A stretch of 64,000 nucleotides of DNA. Origin: Azolla caroliniana (lineage: Eukaryota > Plantae > Polypodiophyta). Shown piece by piece: positions 48,568-60,636 of this stretch (its first letter is position 1; each line of letters begins with the position of its first letter). The notes beneath the pieces were generated by a model. That model saw only the letters and a program-made list of their open reading frames with translations. It was not told the DNA's origin and did no database searches. The stretch is taken from NCBI GenBank assembly GCA_043228905.1, contig JBHGNT010000011.1:8246001-8310000 (forward strand). The letters run 5' to 3'. A program made the position numbers and the translations under genes.

Positions 48568-51256
48568 CTACTCCGTTGATGGCTGTTGCGACTGGTCTAT
48601 TGGTGGCTGCTCCTTCGTTTGTTGCTCTGACACCGGCGTTACCGTCGTTGCTCCCTTCGTCGTAGTGGTCTCCGGTTGACTAGTTTTGGCCTGGCCCTCG
48701 TCCGGCGACGTTTCCTCATCACTAAGGTTAACCGTTGCCGCTTCCCGTGCTTTTTCTTCTTGAACCCGGGACCGCTCGTAGCTCTCAAACTGGATTTGAG
48801 CGTCCAGCCTATCATCGTCTAGCTGAGCTACAAGTTTCCCGACCTGCACCAACTGTTCATCCGCCAGGACTTGGAAGTCTTCGGCCAGCTCGTCCCGTAT
48901 GGCGGTGAAGTCCTCGGAAGTCAACGTGTAACAATCATCTCCTTCCTTCCGCCGGTTTTCCACGTCTGCCCGTAGCAATTGGAGTTCCGCCATATTTTGT
49001 GCCCACTTTGTCCACCATCTTACTGAGCTTTCGTCAATCAAGCGTTTGTCTGATTCAGCCATGCCCGGAGGATGCACTGAATTCGGCCCATTTCCATCTG
49101 CGATTTGATCTCCGCAACTTGCCGTTCCTCCTTCAATTGCTTGATGATTTTGACGTTGTCGTCCGCCTGCTCCTTGTAATGCGTCAATTGCCCTTGGTAT
49201 GTGCTTTGTAATTTTTGCAATACCGTTGACGCTCTCTCCCTTTCTTCCTGCTGCTGCCTCTGGAGCTCCATCCGGACCCTCTCCGCCTCGTCCAACCGTC
49301 TTGTATTTTCCGCTCGTTCGTCGGAAAGCGCCGTCGCGGCCCGATCAACTTCTTGCCGGAGCTCATCCATCCATTCCTTATGCGCCGTTTCCAACCGTTT
49401 GTAGTCTCGGTGCAGGTGCTCAAAATCATCTGTCTTTTGCTTGAGCCATACGTTGATCTGTCGACGGGCCCGGTCCTCGCAGTCCTTCTGCTGGCGGAGC
49501 TCCTGCTTTAGCCGTTCAATTTCCGTTTCCGCCGTCTTCCACAACTTGTCCTTTTCCTGCAACACTTTGTCTTTTTCCTCCCTTAGCCGGTCGTACGCTT
49601 GATGGCCTTTCCGGAGGCTCTCCTCTGCCCGGCGGAGGTTCTCAGCAGTCTTCTTTAATTCTGCTTCGGCCGCTGTCTTCAATTCCTGTTCACAGCTCCT
49701 TATCGCTTCTTGTGCGGCAAGTTCATCTCTCAATTGCGCAAGCTCCTGGGCTTGCGCCGCATCTTTCTCTAGAACGGTTTCCGTTGCCGGGGTCTTATTA
49801 GTATGTACAGGTTGGTCTCTTTCATTATTCTGTACACTTACCGGAGTCACCGGTGCTTGGATCTGTGTTGTGGTTAAGGCCATTTAGGCCATTTTTGCCG
49901 TGACCTGGTCCAAGTCTTTTTCAAGGCACCGGATTCTGGACCGGGCCGTCTCTAGTTGTTCGGTTGTGACGAGCAACCGTTCGCTTTGCGCTCTTTCTTC
50001 CGCCTCAATATACCCCACTTCTCCGGCAATCTGTTCGCCTATCCACCGGAGCCACAAGCTACCGGTGCATTGTTGTTGCGCTTGCACGGAGGTTTGACGG
50101 ATGGGCTCGCTTGTGGGTGGGTGGTCCCGCCTGATTGCGCCGAGTTGCAATTCCGTTTCTGCCCGTGGACCACCCTGCTGTCCTGGTTCCCCTTGCGCTT
50201 CTTCTTGGTTGGCCGAGGGAGGCTGCATTGACCTTTCCGGCTTTGGTGGAACAGGACTTGCCGGTGCTACCGGTGGTGCAGGGGCTTCTGATTCCGGTGC
50301 CATGCGCACCGGTGCCGGTTCCTCCCTTGGCGTGGGAGTCTCAGTATGGGGAGCCGGTGTTCCCTCCGTCTGAGGGTTCGAACGTTTCCCGGTTTCCTCA
50401 ACGGTCCTTGCCGACGCCCGTCGCTGGAGGTGCTCCGTAGGCTCCTCCTCTATTTCCTCTTCCTGAGTCCCGACATTGAGTTTCGCCGCCAAGGGGTCCG
50501 CTTCTCTATTCATCGATCGGCGGAGTGTAATCTTTATGGGCCGTACCGGTGGTTCCTCCTGTGCATCCGTTGGCCGCTTCCGGCTGGCACTCTCCTTTCC
50601 CGCCTGTTCTGCGTCCGCCACCTTCCCCTTAGTGGCCTTAGAGGCCAACAACTGTTGTCTTTTGGAAGCAGTCTTTGGGGTGCTGTCTGCCACTCTTCCC
50701 CGCTTCTTGGGTTGGACGGGTTGGACGGGTGGCACAAGCAAGGTGAGCCACTGCGTTACTGCGTGCCATATCCTCCGTCCATCTCGGCCTTCTTTGTCAT
50801 CTTTTCCTCTGACGATCTCGATCGCTGCACACAAACCGTCTGCAATCAATACCGGCTAATCCACCTTGATCCCTTCATAGGTGGCGATGGTCATCCCTGC
50901 CCGGTTCTGCGGCATGACAGGGGGTCTAGGGTACACATGGCCGTATTCGTGGAGCACACGGGCATTCTCGTGGAACAACATATCTCCGTTGCCCTATGTC
51001 CGGTACCCCTTGCTGGCTAGGGAGTACTCACCAAAATACTTGATGAGTTGCTCCGAGGTCGGATTGTCGATCGTGAATATGCCTCCCTCCGGAAGGACGC
51101 ACGGATCGCCTCCTCCGTTATGACCTCTGTGTCGATTTCTTTGATCACCTTGTTGACTTCTTTGTGTGGCGGTGCCTCCATAATCGTCAAGAAGCCCTCG
51201 AGCCCGTGTTGCTTTAGCCATTTCTTGGCGGCTTCCGACAGCGTTTGCGGGTCCAT
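48568..51256 (-). pseudogene. 3' extra ORF (about 900 codons: N-terminal globular region, P/E-rich linker, long coiled coil)
   Basis: Consecutive ORFs 50994-51256, 49884-50849, 49038-49883 and 48568-49077, separated by single stops or frameshifts; second copy at 40472-42730. Confidence 0.8.
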
Positions 51257-51628
51257 GTCTGTGTCGAGGTTGGATTGTGGTGGCGAGGTTGGATGGTGAT
51301 GAGAGTGAGAGTGAGAGAGAGAGAGTTCAGAAAGCGGGGGTTCTCTGTGCGTAGGTTCTCGTCTGCTGATCTTCCAACGCCTTGGTGCTTCTGTGCTCCT
51401 CGGTTCGCGAAATGAGAAGGTCTCCATGCGCTGTGGATTTTTCCTGTGCATTCTGGCACCTTTTTTGAGCGTGTGCACGTGTGTACTAAAATAGCATTAT
51501 GTCTTGTGGCGGCGCTTAAATGCCCACTACGTACCTTTTCGCTCCTCGCTCTCTCGTCCGTTCATACCTCGCTTTTGCATGATTACTTCGTTTTTTTTTT
51601 TTTATTTATTTAAAAATGTAGTGTGAGG

Positions 51629-54600
51629 TTACTTGTCCGTTGGTCCTATCGGACCCTTACCGGCCTCATTCTCCCCAGTTACCGGCTTGCCGTCTCCTCC
51701 GTCTTGGTGGTTGCCGTTTCCCTCACAGGTTGCCGTTTCCGCACCGGTTCTCGATCCGGTGTCGGTCCTTTGCTCAAATGGGTTCTTGGGCATCGGTCCT
51801 CTATATGGCTTCAATCTGAATCCATTGACCCATTTGCCTAGCACTTCGCCGGCAAGTGTCCCTAACTGGTAGCACCCATTATACTCACGTGTCAGCCAAT
51901 ACGGGCTGGTCCATCTAAACCGTAGTTTACTCGGCATCTTGCCCATCCGGGTCTGAAATACTAACACCGACTTGCCGATTTCGAACATTTTTTCATTTCC
52001 TTTCTTGTGCCGGTCGACAAATGCTTTCCGTAGTCGTTGTTCAAATTCTAAGTGCAGGATGCTTGCCAGTCGTTGTTCCTCGAGTTCACACAGCGCTGTT
52101 AACCATATTGCCTCCGACTCCTTCTCGTTCAGCCGTTCCCGTAGCTGGATCCGTAAGCTTGGTACTTGGAATTCAACCGGCATGACCGCCTCTAATCCGA
52201 ACGCTAACCGGAACGGTGTTGTTCGGATGCTCGTTTTGTATGTTGTCTGGTATGCCCAAAGCGCGCTATGTAGCTTGGTATCCCAATCCGTTCGGTTTTC
52301 ATTGACGATCTTCCGGAGGATATTCTGGAGCGTTCTGTTCGTCGACTCAACTAACCCGTTTGCTTGCGGATAGTACGGTGTGCTCCGTTTATTGCCAACG
52401 GCATAGAATGTCATCAGGCTTTCAACTACTTGGCTGAGAAAGTGCCCCCTTGGTCGCTTATTAATTCAATTGGGGATCCGTAACGGCACCAGATGTATTC
52501 GTATAGAAATTTTGCCATTGACGCAGCGGTGTTGTCTCTTAAGGCTTTGGCCTCCACCCATTTCGTGCAGTAATCCGTCACGACGATGACGTACCGATTA
52601 CCTGTTCTCATTGCCGGTGGTTTGAACGGTCCAACAAAGTCCAACCCCCACTTCTGGAATGGTTCGAGTGGTAGTACAGGTTGGTGTGGCATCCGAGCTT
52701 GCTCCGTTGGCTGGCCCATTCGCTGGCATAGGTCACATTCGTTTGCGTACCGTACAAAATCTCTTAATGTAGTTGGCCACCATAGGCCACTTTGCCATAT
52801 TTTCCTGGCCGTCGCATCTCCGACATAGTGACCTCCGGCAACTCCGGAGTGGGCTTCCCTCAGTATGAGGTCCTTTTCATCGCTGCGCACAACCCGTCTC
52901 CATATGCCGTCCACGCCCTTGTGGTAAAGTGCGTCTCGCAGTAAGCAGAAATGTCGGCTTTGCACCGCCAGGCGTTTCCTTTCGTCCCGGTTCATCTCCT
53001 CCGGAGGCAATCCTGTGCTTAGAAATTGGTGCATATTTGTGAGCCACTTGTCTTCCTGTGCCACCGTTTCATCTGCTGCCATTTCCGTAGTGACTCGAAA
53101 CAACTCCGCATCCGGAAACTCGTCCGCTACTCCGTCGCCCGTCTCTCCGGACTCTAATCGACTTAAATAATCCGCTACGGCATGCTGTATACCGGGTCGG
53201 TGGAATATTTCGAACTCGAAATCCTGTAACAGTAAGGTCCACCGGGCCAACTTACCGGTGAGTGACGCCTTGGACACCAGGTAGAGCAGTGCCGAATGAT
53301 CTACATGGACGGAAAACTTCCTTACCAATAAATAATGCCGAAACTTTGTCACACTGAAGATCATCCCTAGAGCTTCCCGTTCCGTAGTAGAGTAGTTCCG
53401 TTCTGCTTGGGATAGCTTACGGCTGGCATAGTACACTGGCCGGTACCACTTTGGCTCCGTAAGCTGCATCAGTGCGCTTTTGATTGCGATGTCGGAGGCG
53501 TACACGAACACATGAAATTCTTTACTCCAATCCGGAGGCAGCACTACCGGTGCTTGCGACAATAGTACCTTGAGGGCCCTATACGCCCTATCCTTGGTGT
53601 CGGTCCACTGGAATGGTGTTTGATGTACCGCGGCATGCAACGGTGTAGCCAGGGCGGCCAAGTATCGGAGCATCCGGCTGTGTCACCGGATCTGGCCTAA
53701 GAACCGGTTCAATGCCTTTGTCGTTGCCAACGCCGGTGCTTCTAATATGGCTTTCACTTTGTGTGGGTCGATTGCAATGCCTTCCTTGCTCACAATATGT
53801 CCTAGTAGGGTTCCACTGGACACGCCAAATACACACTTTGCCGGATTCAAGCTTAGCCGGTACGCTCTACACTTTTCTAGACAAAGACGGAGGTGCTGCA
53901 AATGATCCTCTTCCCGGCTATAGACGGCGAAATCGTCAAGGAAAACCTGCATAAAAGCCGGGATATATTCACCAAAGATTTCCATGATGATTCGTTGGAA
54001 TGTTGCCGGTGCCGTTTTGAGTCTGAACATCATCACCACGGCCACAAACACCCCCCATTCGGTGACGAAAGCCGTTTTCTCTTGGTCGTCGGGGTGCATC
54101 CGGATCTGATTATACCCGCTGAATCCGTCTAGAAAGCTATAGACCTCATGGCCAGCGACGGCATCCAACACTCCATCTATGAACGGAAGTGGAAACGCAT
54201 CCATTACCGTAGCCGCATTGAGTTTCCGATAGTCCACACAAACTCGAATTTTTCCGTTCTTCTTCGGTACGACTACGATCGGGCTCAGCCATGTCGCTTT
54301 CTTTACCAGACGGATAAAGCCAACTCTCAGCAGTTTGTTGATTTCCTTCTTGACTTTGGCGGCATAATTGGGATTCATTCGGTACCGTCTTTGTGCCACT
54401 GGTTTTGCGTCCTTGCTCAAGTGAATCTGATGCTGGTATAATTGAGGGTCGAGCCCTCGCATGTCTTCGTATGACCAGGAAAACACATCACGAAATTCCG
54501 TGAGAAGTGTGATCATCGCCATTTTGTCTTCGGACTTCATCTCCTTGGCGATGTGCACCGGTTTTGCTTCGTCCGTGGTCCCGAGGTTCACCTCTTCAAG

Positions 54601-55440
54601 TTGCGATGCTTTTACGCGCTTTGAAATGGCCATTTCCCGTTCCAACACTTCCTGCGCTTGCCATAACTCTCGGATTGCGTCCTTATCCGGTTCTACTTCA
54701 GTCTCTTCCGGCTGCAATAAGTATGGTGCTACTGCTTCGGCAATGTCAATTTCGAAGAGGGGTACGATCTTCGGGTTTTCCTGCAAGTACTGAGCTTCTT
54801 CTTCGTCAGCTAACCCTTCTAGCATGTTGACGCACTCTGCATACAACGGTGTACATTCCTTGCTAGTGCTCGTCCTTGGTTGTGTTGGTACACGTACCTT
54901 GGCTTTTCCTCGTCGGAAGGTAATTATATTTTTCCTCCAATTCTGTTTGATATGTGCCGTTTTCAACCACGGCCGCCCCAACAATAGCGGGTACACGCCT
55001 TGTGCCTGTAATTGTAGCACTACTACCGAGATGTGAAATGTATGACCGCCAACGGTGACTTCTAATTTTCGTATTAATCTATCGGCCGCACTGAGCTTGT
55101 ATCGGCCATCCGTAACCAGAACGGACACGGCTCCCACTCATGGATTCCCAGGGCATCACACATGCGGAGGCTTATTACATTCACACCAGAGCCTCTGTCT
55201 ATTACTGTGCTGGGGAGTTCTTTCCCTTTTACAATGGCAGTAATTACCGGACTGTTGGTGTCCACCATCGTTGGTCCCTCCTCCAGATTCGAGAAGAGTA
55301 CCGGTGCCGGTGATGATTCTCCTTCCGTCATGGCTGTCTTCAGTCCTTTCGTGAATCTCGTCACGAGCTATAGGACTCTTCCTAGTGGCAGCGTAATCTG
55401 GCATTCTTGCAACGCCTGCCATGTCTCGTTCTCAGAGTGA
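51629..55440 (-). pseudogene. Gypsy pol (PR, RT, RNase H, integrase with GPY/F), frameshifted
   Basis: VIDRGSGVNVIS, FLDGFSGYNQI, VFLDDF, RNYSTTEREALG, HSGVAGGH…CDLCQ, WGLDFVGP, ISDQG, PQANGLVE. Confidence 0.93.
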
Positions 55441-55559
55441 TTGCCGCCGGCAAGACCTACGGTGTTCTCCTTTTGCCGCTCTAAGTCTGTTACATTTTTC
55501 TTGTTTGCTTTCTTCACCCATTCCGTCGCTTGCTTCCGGATGGTCTCCTACGTCTCCCA

Positions 55560-58213
55560 TTCCTTGGCCATGCCCTTCGACCTTATAGTCACCTGTTGCG
55601 GATCTGCCACTTCAGGGACTACCATATTTACTGTCGGTCGTTTGTCATAGCTCTTCGTCGGGCATTGATTACTATAATGGCCTTCCTGTCGGCAGTAGTA
55701 GCAGTAGGCTTTCTGGGTATTGCTCGATTCGGCATTGTTTGTTGTACCCGGGGCAGGTCCTGTGGTAAGCGCGGGGTTTTGGGCCGGTTGGCTGCTTGAA
55801 GCTCCTTGTTCCGGATCCCGTGGGTGGCCGCCTTTTTTGAAATGTCGTTCTTTGCTATAGTTCTTCTTATTGTGGTACTCTTGACGAGGTTGCCCATTAT
55901 ATCTGTCGTATTCCTCCCGTTGCTGCCGATACCCGGGGGAGTGCTCCCGGTCGTAATGTTCGTATCATCTATTGTAATCCCGGTACCGATCATATCTATC
56001 GTACTGGTCGTAGTTATCCAGCCGATCACCGTACCGGACATCATTCTCCTGTCGATTGCCATACCGGACATCCTGTGCCGGTAGGTATCGGTCCATTCGC
56101 CGCCAGCATTCCTCTTCTTCATCCCGGCTGCTGCGTGGCTCTATTTGTCAGATGGGCGGTGCTTGCCGGTTCAATAGATTATACTCATACCTATCCGTCG
56201 TATGGCCCTTGGATTGACAGATTACACATTGCGTCCTCATAGTGCATTCTAGTGCCGAGTGTCCAGAATTCAAGCAGGTTGTGCACTATATTGCTTGCCG
56301 AAACTGGAGGTCTTCATCGGACAGTAACGCCCGTTGGAGTGCTCCAGTGGGAGCCAGGAGCTTGTCTTTTCCATCTCTCTCACCCGGTCAATGACCTGGT
56401 CGATGGTACTTGCGCGGAAGTCAATTACCGTGCAAACCGTGCGTAGGGGTTCCCAGAGCGCATTTAGGAATATAGTCCGTAATTCCTCCTCCAGGGGTGT
56501 GCGGGCAAGCTGACTATGCATCCGTTGAAACTGGATGACAAACTAGGGAATGCTCTCCCCTTCCTCCTGTCGGATGGTATAAAACAAGCCCACCATTACT
56601 GTCTGGTCCACCTCCTTGTAGAAAAAAGGCAAGAATTTAGCTTTTAAATCTTCGAAGGTGGTGATGGTAGACAGGTCCTGCGTCCGGCGCCATCTTGCTG
56701 CCGGTCCCTCCAATGTGACGCCAAATTCCGCTATCTTAGAGCGTTCCTCTTCCTCTGGGGTCAATGGCTGGGACACATGGTTTGCTTCCCATGTTTGTTC
56801 AAAGGCATGAACATGAGCTTCCGCGTTTGGATCATCTCTATACTTGGAGTACTGGAATGACATGTTGTCGTCCGGTATCGGTGCGCGGGCTAGTGGTGTT
56901 GGTGGTTGTTCCTGGTTTTTCTCCGGCGTCGGTGGTCGTTCCTCGTCTTTTGGTGACGGAGGCCTCTCCTCCTCGACTTCCGGTGTCGGAGGTCGCTCTT
57001 CCTCTGCTTCTGGTTCCGGAGGTTCCAGCCTTAGCACTTCCGGTTCCGGTGTTAGTAAGGTGTCCGATCCTTCGTCCTCCGGTCCGCCCGGGGTGTCGTT
57101 GCTGCTACGGTGTCGTGCCTTTCGGCTCCGGATCGTTTGCGTGAGTCGGGTGGGAACCGCCGAGGTTTTGGACTAGGAGGAGGAAGAATTTGAGGCTAAT
57201 CTAGTTATGAATATGAATAGATTATAAGAAAGAGATATAGAAACTTGTGAATCCCACAAGTATAATTGTTTTAGTTTATCTAAATCGTAGTAATAAATTG
57301 AAATAATTTAGAATAGATTAGAGTAGATTGAGAAAAGAGATCAAACCTTGTGAATCCCACAAGTATATTTTATTGATTGTTGGTGTTTTAGGAAATATAT
57401 CCAATTTCCCAAATATTTTTCACACCTATTACATTGTGCTCCCCATCCTTATGTAGTGATGGGAGAGACTAAGCATAGCTACATGCTTTTTTTCTAATAT
57501 GTTCATGCACACTAAATGTGCATGTGATGCTTTTCTAATCCTTGCTTTTATTTGCTAAATATAGTGCTCATGCACGCTAGATGTGCATGAGTCACTTTTT
57601 AGTCACTTGCGTTTTTCTATAAAATATTCACGCACTCTAAAAATACATGATTTACCTTTTAATAAAGGTAGGCGCAAATAAAGCACTTATAGTTATTAAA
57701 TCTATTTATAGAACACTAAAGATAAGGTAGCATAATGGTAAAGTTGAGGTTTGGCTACGTGGAGGTACAGGGTTCAAATCCTGCCCTATGCACGTGATAA
57801 ATATCTTGATATATTATTTTATTTATTTATATGTAATTAAATCGGTTATATTATTTTTTTACTTTTTCACGTAGTGTACGAAATACACTACGACAACGGT
57901 AGTTTGTGTGCACACTGTATCCCCCTTCGGAATCCAATTCATACGTTGAAAAGGCTTCTGCTTCGCCTTCTCCGCTTGCCAACGCCTAGAGAAGGGATTC
58001 GGTTTCCCGGAGGCTGCTTAGGCTATTGCCGTCGTTCGGCTGCGATGTTTGTTGTAACCGGAGGGACTCCTCTGCTACTCTCCAGATTACGTTGGAAAAT
58101 GAGCGATCCGCTCTAATTTCGTGCGCCGCTTGCTGGAAAGCCTCAAGTCTCCTTTGCCTTTCGGCAAGGCGTCGAGTTCGATCTGTAACCAGGTCGTGCG
58201 TTGATCTAGTCAT
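55560..58213 (-). pseudogene. Gypsy gag (disrupted; interrupted by solo LTR 57111-57895)
   Basis: MTRSTHDLVTDR…, P/E-rich region, KIAEFGVTLEGPAARW…TFEDLKAKF, two CCHC-like motifs plus YCYYCRQEGHYSNQC. Confidence 0.85.
57111..57895 (-). mobile_element. Solo LTR of the tRNA-Trp family inserted in gypsy gag
   Basis: TGTCGT…ACGACA termini; ACGG at 57107-57110 / 57896-57899. The empty homologous site in the second gypsy copy (about 61465-61480) has a single 4-mer. Confidence 0.92.
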
Positions 58214-59544
58214 CCACTCATGCCGTCGTTCGCTGCAAAAACAGGAATCGTGGTCGCCAAAAACTGTGTTAACTCTTAGGGCCGGACAATGGCCTAACAT
58301 AGGGTATCTACGGAAGACACTTCACCAAAGGGGTGTTACGGCAAGAGGATTAGGCTCAACGATTAATACGACTTAATTAGGTTACTTAGCAAGATCGTCC
58401 TTAATAATCACATGCGTAAGATATAACAATCAATGCAGAACGGCAATTAACACAGAGAGATAAAAACACTAAGCTTCATTAATTATCAGCTCCACATTAC
58501 ATTGTATCCGGGCCTTTAAAACGGTGCCATCCGCACCTGTTCGGATTGGTCCGGATCCGGAACGGCATATCGATTCCGGTCCGTCTGTCCACACTAATAG
58601 CTCACTTACAACCATTCCTTAATAATTAAATAACTCCTTCGTTTCACACTCTGGACTCCTTTGCCGGCTGGTAACAATAAGTGGGGTGGAATATTTGGAA
58701 ATTGGATATATTTCTAAAAACAACAATTAATAAACTATGTTCGTGGGATTCACGAAGTTTTATATAATCTATCTCTTCCAATCTATGCTAAATTGTTATT
58801 AGGATTCGAAATATTAATAAATCTAATAATCTATACTTGTGGGATTGACAAGTTTTTTATCTCTCTTTCAATCCAAATTTATATTGTTATCTAAATATTG
58901 ATTAATCTAATACAATAGACTGGTGGGATGCACGAGGTTTCTATATCTCTTTCTTACAATCTATTTATATTCTTATTAACCTTAAAACTCTCCTCCTCCT
59001 AGTCCAAAACCCCAGCAGTTCCCGACTCAAGCAACGATCCTACACCGAAAGGCACGACAGCGTATCGAGTTCCTGTATAAAGTTAGTGTTTTATACAGGA
59101 ACTCGATACGTTGTATCAAGTTCCTGCTTAATAAGAGTGTTTTATAGAGGAACTCGATATCTTGTATCGAGTTCCGTGCTAAAAACATATTTTTAAAAAA
59201 CGTCAGTACAGGTAGGCGCTTAGCTGGAATCTTGGCGCTCGCTCTTCTTACAAGACATAATTTTCTCGCCATCGATGCTATGGGGAGATGACGATTTGGT
59301 GCTACATGCTCTGGGCTCTATGTGCTCTGTGTGCTCTGTTCTATGACTGATTGATTGCGAAATGAGGGGGTCTTCCTATTTATAGGGATTGACCACTGTG
59401 GTTAAAGTAACCACAATTACTTTAACCATGGTTGGTAAGCTTAAGGTTAGTTAGTTAGACTTAAGAGAGAGTTTCTTTGACCTTAGGACCCTTTTTTCTT
59501 AGACCTTAGTACACTTTATTTGGTCATTGCATCTAAGTGTTTGA

Positions 59545-59741
59545 TTGTACCCTTTTTTCTTCATAGTGATAGTTGGAGTGTGTGGGCTCCCATGGTTTTT
59601 CCCATTCAGGGTTTTCCACGTAAACATTTTGTGTACTCTCCATTTCCCATTTTTGTGTTTTCCTTCTCATTGAAGTGATTCAAGACTTGGTTGTGGCTGG
59701 GCAGTATTGCGCGCTATTCCTCTCAAGGGTTTAGGGTTTAG
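59545..59741 (+). mobile_element. Copia LTR 3' fragment followed by a short telomeric motif
   Basis: Matches 19951-20130; followed by agggtttagggtttag at about 59726-59741. Confidence 0.75.
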
Positions 59742-59748
59742 ATCTATT

Positions 59749-60590
59749 CTAAACTCTAAATCTCAATCATAGTTTCTGTGAACATGATAGATCTTTATTG
59801 TGAATTTAAATTTAGTAAGCGCTATTCAACTTTGATAATTATATATCTTAATAATTTTACAAGGATATCTATCATATTGGAAGGTAGGTATGGTTTATAT
59901 TGATTCCATATCCCATATTGTTGAGAATTTTAATACGATAGGTTTGAATTTGGTATCATAAAGGTAATTCTTGTGTTATTTTCTATTATTTTAAGCTATT
60001 ATAGGTCATAAAGCCTATTTCAATAAGGGCACTAAATGTTACAAAATGTAGCAAATGTCCCTAAAAATGTGTGAATTGGTATCTTTTCATAAATATATAT
60101 CAATAAGTTCCCCCAAAGACACAATATTCCTTTTTAAAAAGACGGTTTTATACAGGAACTCGATACGCGCTATCAAGTTCCAGTTTAAAGTTAGTGTTTT
60201 ATACAAGAACTCGATACCCTGTATCGAGTTCTTAAGTGCTAAAAACATATTTACAAAAAAGGTTTGTACAGCCAGGCGCTTACCTGAAATCTTGGTGCTT
60301 GCTCTTCTTCAAAGACATGACTCTCATCGTCGATGCTAACGGGGAGATGACGACTTGGTGCTATGTGCTCCGGGCTTTATGTGCTCTGTGTGCTCGTGTG
60401 CTCTGTTCTGCACGTGAATGATTGGGAAATGAGGGGGTCTTCCTATTTATAGTGATTGACCACTGTGGTTAAAGTAACCACAATTACTTTAACCATGGTT
60501 GGTAAGCTTAAGGTTAGTTAGTTAGACCTAAGAGAGAGTTTCTTGGACCTTAGGACACTTTTTTCTTAGACCTTAGTACACTTTATTTAG
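59749..60590. repeat. About 0.85-kb duplicated unit (other copy 44333-44766 + 59064-59520) with palindromic GGAACTCGATAC-N3-GTATCGAGTTCC repeats and a minus-strand TATA box
   Basis: aaactctaaa…catagtttct aligns at 44334 and 59751; cctatttatag at about 59375 and about 60442. Confidence 0.85.
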
Positions 60591-60636
60591 TACAGAATCT
60601 TAAATGTACCAATGACTCCCTAATGGGTTTTAATTA

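Larger units (their letters stand above)
47982..58676 (-). mobile_element. Full-length Ty3/gypsy non-chromovirus element with tRNA-Arg PBS and 3' extra ORF; LTRs 58267-58676 and 47982-48416
   Basis: TSD ATAAG (47977-47981 / 58677-58681), TGT…ACA LTRs, PBS TGGCGACCACG (58259-58249); domain order gag-PR-RT-RH-INT-eORF. Confidence 0.95.
44767..59059 (+). mobile_element. Non-autonomous LTR element, tRNA-Trp PBS, 4-bp TSD; 5' LTR 44767-45596, 3' LTR 47700-47981 + 58682-59059
   Basis: TSD GCGT (44763-44766 / 59060-59063), PBS at 45601, PPT ggagggggcgag before 47700. Internal region of about 2.1 kb contains a gag N-terminus and no pol motifs. Confidence 0.9.

Noticed and set aside
59726-59741. True telomere or chromosome fusion site
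   Set aside because: Only about two TTTAGGG units are present.
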